Shown piece by piece: positions 12,001 to 20,636 of a stretch of 64,000 nucleotides of DNA. Position 1 is the stretch's first letter. Each line of letters starts with the position of its first letter. Source of the stretch: Macrostomum lignano (taxonomy: Eukaryota). Location: positions 86,390-150,389 of the forward strand of contig NIVC01002675.1 of assembly GCA_002269645.1 (NCBI GenBank). The letters run 5' to 3'. Position numbers and translations under genes: made by a program. The notes beneath the pieces are model-generated. The model worked only from the letters and a program-made list of their open reading frames with translations. It did not search any database and was not told the origin of the DNA.

Positions 12001-15000
12001 ATGAACAGCTCATTCTCTGTGGCATAGCGCACAGTGGCTGTGGGCTTGAAGCGGTGCTTCACCTCCACCCGGCCATTGGGCAGGCGCTGCCAGACGAAGC
12101 CGTCAAGAACCTGCGTCTTCATGAACTGCTCGCCTCTGCTGATCTTCTTTATCGTGCGCAGCTCTTCGAATTTATCCATCCTGACTGAGTCGAAGAAGCT
12201 TTTAGTCGTGTTCTTGAACTGGTTGTAGCGGCGCAGTATGACCTGGGAAACACCAAGTTTGTTAAGTTCGATGGTAATAGTGTTTAGCGTTACAATATCT
12301 GTATCTATAGCTATCTGGGGATCCAGGGTCCAGGAATAAGTCCCGAGGCGATCTGGGGATCCAGGGTCCTGGAATAAGTCCCGAGGCAATCTGGGGATCC
12401 AGGGTCCAGGAATAAGTCCCGAGGCGATCTGGGGATCCAGGGTCCAGGAATAAGTCCCGAGGAGATCTGGGGATCCAGGGTCCAGGAATAAGTCCCAAAG
12501 CTTATCTGGGGATCCAGGGTCCCGGAACGAGTCCCGAGGCGATCTAGGATAGATCTCGTAACTCTTGAGGCTACCTGGGGATCCAGAAAAGAGCGCCAGC
12601 TATCGTAGGATGTAGGGTCTTAAAGAGTAAGATCTGAGGATTCAATTGGGAGATCTAGGGTCCAGAAGAACAAGTACACAGAGTGCTAGCTAGATCAGAG
12701 GATCCAGGGTCCAGAGAACAAGTACACAGGGTGCTAGCTAGATCAGGGGATCCAGGGTCCAGAGAACAAGTACACAGGGTGCTAGCTAGATGAGGGGATC
12801 CAGGGTCCAGAAGAACAAATACACAGAGTGCTAGCTAGATGAGGGGATCCAGGGTCCAGAAGAACAAATACACAGAGTGCTAGCTAGATGAGAGGATCCA
12901 GGGTCCAGAAGAACAAGTACACAGGGTGCTAGCTAGATCAGGGGATCCAGGGTCCAGAGAGCAAGTACACAGGGTGCTAGCTAGATGAGGGGATCCAGGG
13001 TCCAGAGAACAAGTACACAGGGTGCTAGCTGGATGAGGGGATCCAGGGTCCAGAAGAACAAGTACACAGAGTGCTAGCTATAGATCAGGGGATCCAGGGT
13101 CCAGAAGAACAAGTACACAGAGTGCTAGCTATAGATCAGGGGATCCAGGGTCCAGAAGAACAAGTACACAGAGTGCTAGCTATAGATCAGGGGATCCAGG
13201 GTCCAGAAGAACAAGTACACAGAGTGCTAGCTATAGATCAGGGGATCCAGGGTCCAGAAGAACAAGTACACAGAGTGCTAGCTGTCAGTCCGCAGCCTGT
13301 CGCTCACATTGATAGCTCCCCGGCCAATATCGTGCCTGCTGTCAATCATTAGAAGCGAGTTGTCGCTAGCAAAGGTGGTGGTTTCCAGAGCCGCCTTAAA
13401 CCTCGCGGCCACGCTCGGGCTGTTGAGATTGTAAACTGCCGACGGCTGGTCCTCCGCTAGCTTAGTGACTGCCCGGGTGACCAGCAGGATAGCCTGCTGA
13501 GTATAGTACTGAAAGTAGTCTACCATCAATGATTTCGACTCAATAACTGGCCTGGCAGCCTCGGTGCCGGGCTTCGTCAGCTCCCTGGGCACCTGGCGAA
13601 CAATCAGATGACCGTCGGCCACTTCGCGCAGGTTGGTCTCTGTGCAGCCGTCCGTGTTGTTGTTGTCCTGCATTGCGCCAGTGTTGGCGCAGAAGACTGT
13701 GTAATTGAAAATGTTTCTGGCGCTGCGGGTTGGGATAGCGAAAGCAAAATGGAGAGGAAGACTACAGACAGGAATCAGTACTGCTGTTACACATTCTGGA
13801 GAAATAGAATCTAAAAGTACACAGTCTGAAGCCTTCATAGCATAAAATCACACATTCTGAAGGCATCAAACTTTAAAAGTACATATTCTGCAGGCATCAG
13901 ACTTTAAAGTACACATTCTAAAGGCATCATATCCTAAAAGCACACACCTGAAGGCATCATCCTAAAAGTACACATCTGAAGGCATCATATCCAAAAAGTA
14001 CACATCTGAAGGCATCATATCCTAAAAGTACACATCTGAAGGCATCATATCCTAAAAGTACACATCTGAAGGCATCATATCCAAAAAGTACACATCATAT
14101 CCTTTGGTTGCACACGATGGCCGAACAAGACAAGCTAAGTTCAGAATAAAATAATAATAAGTTGAAGCGCACCTGTCGCTCAAAATAAACATATAGTTAT
14201 TCTTTGGGAGCATATTATGCTTGTAGGCAGCGCACAGATAAAGGCAGGTGCCACGCCGCAAATAGTCCATTACAAACATCTGGCACCGCTTTTTTTTCGC
14301 GTTTTCTAAATTATCCTTGGCCTGCAATGCGTGATTTGTAGTTAAAACATTAGACTGAAATTTCACAATATTTCTACTGACATCGCATACTAGTAGTATA
14401 AAATGCGTTTAAAAGTAAGCTTAAGTTGAAATTACTTAACTACAGAATAGTGTAGAGTTAACACACTTGGCTTAACTAGTCAATCAATCAATTAGCCAGG
14501 GTTCGGGCACAGCTGCCACATCTGGCTATCAGGGTTCAGGTGCAACTGCCACACCTGGCTATCAGGGTTCAGGTGCAGCTGCCACATCTGGCTATCAGGG
14601 TTCAGGTGCAGCTGCCACATCTGGCTATCAGGGTTCAGGTGCAGCTGCCACATCTGGCTATCAGGGTTCAGGTGCAGCTGCCACACCTGGCTATCAGGGT
14701 TCAGGTGCAGCTGCCACATCTGGCTATCAGGGTTCAGGTGCAGCTGCCACATCTGGCTATCAGGGTTCAGGCACAGCTGCCACACCTGGCTATCAGGGTT
14801 CGGGCACAGCTGCCACACCTGGCTATCAGGGTTCAGGTGCAGCTGCCACATCTGGCTATCAGGCTTCAGGTGCAGCTGCCACACTTAGCTATCAGGATTC
14901 AGGTGCAGCTGCCACACCGGCTATCAGGGTTCGGGTAGCCAAATGTATAACATATAAATCACCTGTTTCAGCGTAAGAGACTCCTCACTAACAACGTCCT

Positions 15001-18000
15001 CAAAGCAGACAGTGAGCCCGTTCTTCTTGCCCTCGAACTGTTCCCGCCGAAGGAAGAGCTTGCCGCTGGACAGCAGCGCCACGTCGGGCCAATTGTGGCG
15101 CTTTAGAAACTGAGTGACAACTTCGGCATAGGCATCCAGGCTCGGTATAGTGCGGAAGAAGTAGGGGTAGGCGGTGGGATCGTTATAGATTGTAGATTCG
15201 ACTGTAGGCGAGATGACCACACTGCGCATCTCCGTGCTGAGCTCGGCAATGGGCTGCACAGTGTCCGAGCAGGTGGCGGCCAGCAGGCCAAGCAGAGGCC
15301 CGTTGGCTCGGCCGCGGCGCTGGCCAGGACAGACAGAGTCGGCAAAGAACTGCAGCGCGTCAGCTTTGTTGCAGTCCAAGCCGCGGGACTCCAGACTGAG
15401 CCGCAGGCCGGCCCGCCGCAGCCTGATTGAATCATTGCGAAGCGCTTCGTACGGCGTGCTGGGCACCGTCGTGGCATTCGGCAGAGGCGCCGCGTCCTCC
15501 GGGTTGATTGGATCGCCGTTGAGCTGGGCGACAGTCCGCCTGGCCCAGTGCAGAACCTGATTGTCGTACAGCTTGCTGCCGTTCGGCCACATGAGCGCCA
15601 GGCGCAGGGGCTGCAGGTAGGCGGATTCGTTCAACTGCGGGACGCTCCAGTAGCCTTTGGGAGCGGCCGCGGTCGCTGTTTGGTTTCGCTGCTTCAGTAG
15701 CTCCTTAAGAGTAAATCTGAATGTTGGTTGGATCAAAAAAGGTGGTAGAAGAACAAAGACTTGGCAAGGATGCAGACGGTTGGTAGAAGAACAAAGACTT
15801 GGCAAGGATGCAGACGGTTGCCAGAAGGACAAAGACTTGGCAAGGATGCAGACGGTTGGTAGAAGGATAAAGACTTGGCAAGGATGCAGACGGTGGTAGA
15901 AGGACAAAGACTTGGCAAGGATGCAGACGGTGGTAGAAGGATAAAGACTTGGCAAGGATGCAGACGGTGGTAGAAGGATAAAGACTTGGCAAGGATGCAG
16001 ACGGTGGTAGAAGGATAAAGACTTGGCAAGGATGCAGGAATAAGACAGGAACGGTAGCAGTGCGTGTAAAGCTGGCACAAAGACCTAGGCGAACGGCTTA
16101 CTCGCACAGACTGGCGCCGGGAGACAGAGCGGCTGGATCAGGCAAGGAGAAAGAAGTTAGAAAGGCCCGCAGTTCCGGGTCTCTAGCGGCCAGGTTAGTC
16201 AACAGCAGCTTCTTCTGCTGGCTGCCGATGCCGGAGACGTGCGCGTAGCCGCCAGACTCAGTCAGACGACTTGGCAGGGTGGAGCCGCTGTCGCAGGAGT
16301 CCTTGAGCCGCTGGATGTAGGTCGGATTGAGAATGAAGTCGTGCTCCAACGAGTTCAGTGGACAGTGCGGGCGACCTAGCGACGAGTAGATGTAGCTGCA
16401 GGGGAGGCATTGGGGATTGAAGACTTAGCGGCTATGGAGACTGGATCCACCGTTTGGCTAATCAGTGGGTCAGCGCCATCCTGTGGCTAATCAGTGGGTC
16501 AGCGCCATTCTGTAGCTAATCAGTGGGTCAGCGCCATTATGTAGCTAATCAGTGGGTCAGCGCCATTCTGTAGCTAATCAGTGGGTCAGCGCCATTATGT
16601 AGCTAATCAGTGGGTCAGCGCCATCCTGTGGCTAATCAGTGGGTCAGCGACATTCTGTGGCCAATCAGTGGGTCAGCGCCATTCTGTAGCTAATCAGTGG
16701 GTCAGCGCCATTCTGTGGCTAATCAGTGGGTCAGCGCCATTCTGTGGCTAATTAGCGGGTCAGCGCCATTCTGTGGCTAATCAGTGGTTCAGCGCCCATG
16801 CCCACTGGCTAATCATTGGGTCAGCGCCCATGCACACTGGCTAACCAGTAGGTCAGCGCCATTCTGTGGCTAATCAGTGGGTCAGCGCCATTCTGTGGCT
16901 AATTAGCGGGTCAGCGCCATTCTGTGGCTAATCAGTGGTTCAGCGCCCATGCCCACTGGCTAATCATTGGGTCAGCGCCCATGCACACTGGCTAACCAGT
17001 AGGTCAGCGCCATGCTGTGGCTAATCAGTGGGTTAGTGGATAACTGCCACGATCTCAGAAGCGAGTCACCAACCCGTGTTGTTAATAGCATGGTATACAC
17101 TGTATAGTTGAATTAAATGGAATTTGCAACATTCTTGACGCAGAATATGCTTTAGCCGAACCGACAAGATGGTTGGCAGGGAGCAGACAAACACAAAAGA
17201 AGTAAAGCGAGCCTTCAAGTGCAAAAGTTTAGTAACGAAGGCCTGTCTCTGCAAAATACAGCCACATAGACGGGCATCAGTCAAGGACTGCAGAAACCCC
17301 AGGCCCATTATATCGCATTCACACATTAGAGGACGAACGAACCGGGTTTTTCTAAAGGAAAGCAGAAATTTTGCTACAAGTTGCAATATCAACCATTGAA
17401 ATGTAGAACACATATTGAATCAGTTCTGCCTACATTATACACAAGCCACAATCGGACGGAAAGACAAGGATCTCTCACAATCGGACGGAATGGCAAGGAT
17501 CTCTCACAATCGGACGGAATGGCAAGGATCTCTCACAATCGGACGGAATGGCAAGGATCTCTCACAATCGGACGGAATGGCAAGGATCTCTCACAATCGG
17601 ACGGAATGGCAAGGATCTCTCACAATCGGACGGAATGGCAAGGATCTCTCACAATCGGACGGAATGGCAAGGATCTCTCACAATCGGACGGAATGGCAAG
17701 GATCTCTCACAATCGGACGGAATGGCAAGGATCTCTCACAATCGGACGGAATGGCAAGGATCTCTCACAATCGGACGGAATGGCAAGGATCTCTCACAAT
17801 CGGACGGAATGGCAAGGATCTCTCACAATCGGACGGAATGGCAAGGATCTCTCACAATCGGACGGAATGGCAAGGATCTCTCACAATCGGACGGAATGGC
17901 AAGGATCTCTCACAATCGGACGGAATGGCAAGGATCTCTCACAATCGGACGGAATGGCAAGGATCTCTCACAATCGGACGGAATGGCAAGGATCTCTCAC

Positions 18001-19443
18001 AATCGGACGGAATGGCAAGGATCTCTCACAATCGGACGGAATGGCAAGGATCTCTCACAATCGGACGGAATGGCAAGGATCTCTCACAATCGGACGGAAT
18101 GGCAAGGATCTCTCACAATCGGACGGAATGGCAAGGATCTCTCACAATCGGACGGAATGGCAAGGATCTCTCACAATCGGACGGAATGGCAAGGATCTCT
18201 CACAATCGGACTGAATGGCAATGATCTCTCTCAAGCCACAGTCGGACCGAAAGCAAGGATCTCTGAGAATTTTTAGGTACTCAGTCTTTTCACTCTCAGA
18301 GAACAGTCTTAGAACGCTAGTCTCAGTCTAACATTTATCGATCTACGCTTGGACCTTTATTGGTTTGTGTTTCAGTCACTTTATAAGCTTGACCCTCTTT
18401 CGCTTTAGTGAAAATAACAATAGAGACCATTCGACGATGTGAAATTTTTAGGTTACAAAACGCCTCCTCACTAAAGCTGATTTGAGAGGCACTCACTGCT
18501 GTCTGTCGCGATAAAGAAATCCGCTATCAATATAGTGATTGCCCCAGACCGGCTGAGCCAAGTCAAGCCGGATTAGGCAGGCGTAAGGAAATTTGCACGG
18601 ATAGTCGTAGGGCAGTATTGTCGTGCTGTCATAGCGAAATATCTCCCTGAGGACAATGCCAAGTACTTCGGCGCCAAGTCCGAGAGCGCCAGGGCCTGGC
18701 GCCACGATAGTGATGGGCACGTCCGCCTCGTCCGCCGTGGAGTTGAACAGGTAGCGGGCGCGGGATGACACGTCTAAAAGGTGCATGTAGGGCGGTGTGG
18801 AGTTGGAGACTGGGTGACCAATGTGAAAGCGGTTGTGACCAATGTGAGTGGTTGGTGACCAAATGTGACACTGGTTAGTGACCAAAATGTGACACTGGTT
18901 GGTGACCAATGTGACACTGGTTGGTGACCAAATGTGACACTGGTTGGTGACCAAATGTGACACTGGTTGGTGACCAAATGTGACACTGTTTAGTGACCAA
19001 ATGTGACACTGGTTAGTAAACAAATGTGACACTGGTTGGTGACCAAATGTGACACTGGTTGGTGACCAAATGTGACACTAGATGGTGACCAAATGACACT
19101 AGTTAGTGACCAAATGTGACACTGGTTGGTGACCAAATGTGACACTGTTTAGTGACCAAATGTGACACTGGTTAGTGACCAAATGTGACACTGGTTAGTG
19201 ACCAAATGTGACAGTGGTTGGTGACAAAATGTGACAGTGGTTGGTGACCAAATGTGACAGTGGTTGGTGACAAAATGTGACACTGGTTGGTGACCAATTG
19301 TCGAGCTCACATGAGTTGATGCGAGAGTCCAGGTGAAAGTTGCAGACAGGCTGCAGAGGCGGCGGCAGTGGCCTGACAGACGGACTGGCGAAAGGCAGCA
19401 GCAGCAACAGCTGTATCAAGAGTATCGCAATAAGCGAACTCAT
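7834..19443 (-). CDS. VKR: Venus kinase receptor-type receptor tyrosine kinase, 9 exons, ~1271 aa (19443-19311, 18773-18497, 16395-16102, 15716-14963, 14321-14173, 13722-13308, 12242-11640, 9383-9039, 8679-7834)
   Basis: Signal peptide [21 protein letters not shown]; Venus flytrap/ANF-receptor-like ectodomain ([26 protein letters not shown]); C..C juxtamembrane; TM; insulin-receptor-like kinase ([26 protein letters not shown]). All 8 introns are GT-AG with phases that join into one open frame. Confidence 0.88.
8714..9003. repeat. (TGTC)n microsatellite filling VKR intron 8
   Basis: Directly visible. Confidence 0.96.
9039..9383 (-). CDS. VKR: VKR exon 8: kinase alphaC to catalytic loop
   Basis: [24 protein letters not shown]...[16 protein letters not shown]; AG/GT boundaries. 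Confidence 0.92.
9850..10235 (+). mobile_element. piggyBac-like transposase 5' fragment inside VKR intron 7
   Basis: Acidic N-terminus then FLGVPG...LP...[18 protein letters not shown], like the piggyBac F.G.PG...F.LF.TDE motif; TTAATCCT upstream resembles a decayed TTAA-CCCT end. Confidence 0.6.
10812..11500. repeat. 25-bp minisatellite arranged as 50-bp dimers, decaying rightwards, VKR intron 7
   Basis: Alternating ...GGGTGGTTTTGAGGGCC / ...GTGTGATTTTGAAGGCC units. Confidence 0.93.
11640..12242 (-). CDS. VKR: VKR exon 7: juxtamembrane, TM, P-loop and VAIK-equivalent lysine
   Basis: [26 protein letters not shown]; [12 protein letters not shown]; CVIK then GT donor. Confidence 0.9.
12312..13282. 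repeat. Two related minisatellites (38 bp and ~49-51 bp) sharing GGGGATCCAGGGTCCAG, VKR intron 6
   Basis: Directly visible. Confidence 0.93.
13308..13722 (-). CDS. VKR: VKR exon 6: VFT C-terminal part
   Basis: [17 protein letters not shown]...ALETTTF; phase-2 acceptor after a pyrimidine tract; GTGAGC donor. Confidence 0.8.
13810..14100. repeat. 30-bp minisatellite (CTGAAGGCATCATATCCTAAAAGTACACAT), VKR intron 5
   Basis: Directly visible. Confidence 0.9.
14173..14321 (-). CDS. VKR: VKR exon 5 (VFT)
   Basis: [49 protein letters not shown] matches the VFT LC.AY..M...Y.WIL pattern; phases 0/2 fit the neighbouring exons. Confidence 0.8.
14495..14935. repeat. 33-bp minisatellite, VKR intron 4
   Basis: TCAGGGTTCAGGTGCAGCTGCCACATCTGGCTA units. 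Confidence 0.95.
14963..15716 (-). CDS. VKR: VKR exon 4: VFT N-terminal lobe
   Basis: LRLALMWP...LDCNKADAL...[14 protein letters not shown]...[10 protein letters not shown]. Confidence 0.88.
15740..16040. repeat. 37-bp minisatellite, VKR intron 3
   Basis: GACTTGGCAAGGATGCAGACGGTGGTAGAAGGATAAA units. Confidence 0.93.
16102..16395 (-). CDS. VKR: VKR exon 3
   Basis: Open frame YIYSSLG...[17 protein letters not shown]; CAG acceptor and GTAAGC donor, phase 2/2. Confidence 0.75.
16455..17035. repeat. 29-bp minisatellite A, VKR intron 2
   Basis: GTGGCTAATCAGTGGGTCAGCGCCATTCT units. Confidence 0.93.
17445..18235. repeat. 29-bp minisatellite B, ~25 near-perfect copies, VKR intron 2
   Basis: GGCAAGGATCTCTCACAATCGGACGGAAT units with no spacers. 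Confidence 0.97.
18497..18773 (-). CDS. VKR: VKR exon 2 (an alternative in-phase acceptor lies ~36 nt upstream)
   Basis: RARYLFN...[14 protein letters not shown]; GTGAGT donor. Confidence 0.72.
18810..19300. repeat. 23-bp minisatellite, VKR intron 1
   Basis: GTGACACTGGTTGGTGACCAAAT units. Confidence 0.95.
19311..19443 (-). CDS. VKR: VKR exon 1: signal peptide
   Basis: [21 protein letters not shown]; GTGAGC donor, phase 1. Confidence 0.75.
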
Positions 19444-19639
19444 TTTGCTGCAAGAGCAGTGCCTATAGCAATCGTTACGCATCTGTTGCAGTCTCTGCTC
19501 CAATGCTTTCTGGCATTCTGCCGCCTCGGATGCCTGGCTGTGTGGCGTTGAAAAGCCAAACTACGCATGAAGTGGCATATGATGTCCAACAAATTTTGCA
19601 GTAGAAATAAAAAAGCATGGCGAAACTGACTTCACTCTG

Positions 19640-20390
19640 CTACTCTTAGTGTGAATTGGGGGGGGGCTGCTACTCCTAGTGCACATTAAGGGGGGGGGGC
19701 TCTACTCCTAGTGCACATTGGGGGGGGGGGGCTGCTACTCCTAGTGCACATTTGGGGGGGGGCTGCTACTCCTAGTGCACATTAGGGGGGGGCTGCTACT
19801 CCTAGTGCACATTAGGGGGGGGCTGCTACTCCTAGTGTACATTAGGGGGGGGGCTGCTACTCCTAGTGCACATTGGGGGGGGGGCTGCTACTCCTAGTGT
19901 ACATTAGGGGGGGGCTGCTACTCCTAGTGTACATTACGGGGGGGCTGCTACTCCTAGTGCACATTAGGGGGGGGGGGCTGCTACTCCTAGTGCACATTAG
20001 GGGGGGCTGCTACTCCTAGTGTACATTAGGGGGGCTGCTACTCCTAGTGCACATTAGGGGGGGGGGGCTGCTACTCCTAGTGTACATTAGGGGGGGCTGC
20101 TACTCCTATTGCACATTAGGGGAGGGGGCTGCTACTCCTAGTGCACATTAGGGGGGGGGGGCTGCTACTCCTAGTGCACATTAGGGGGGCCTGCTACTCC
20201 TAGTGCACATTGGGGGCTGCTACTCCTAGTGCACATTGGGGGCTGCTACTCCTAGTGTACATTACGGGGGCCTGCTACTCCTAGTGCACATTGGGGGCTG
20301 CTACTCCTAGTGCACATTGGGGGCTGCTACTCCTAGTGTACAATGTATCCTAGTGTACACTTCTAGTATACATTGGGGACTGCTACTTCG
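19640..20390. repeat. Minisatellite GCTGCTACTCCTAGTGCACATTA(G)n with variable G-runs
   Basis: Over 20 units, G-runs of about 5-11. Confidence 0.95.
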
Positions 20391-20636
20391 ATAGTAAATC
20401 ATGAGGTGCTACTTCTAGTGTACACTATATAAAACTTGTTTAAACTAAAAACAAAAACAAAAGCAATAAAAGTTTAAGTGCTATTTAAGAATGCATTTCA
20501 CTAAAACAAAGTTATTAGAAGAAACAGAGATTTACTAACAAAAAAACACGGTAAATGCAGTTACTTCGGTCAAATTTTAGCTAGCCATGGTACACCAAAT
20601 TGGCAACAGATATACAGAAACCAACTCAAAGAGTGA

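Noticed and set aside
17445-18235. CRISPR-like regular 29-bp array / 240-277 aa ORFs
   Set aside because: Units are directly adjacent with no unique spacers, no cas genes, eukaryotic intron; the ORFs are repeat translations
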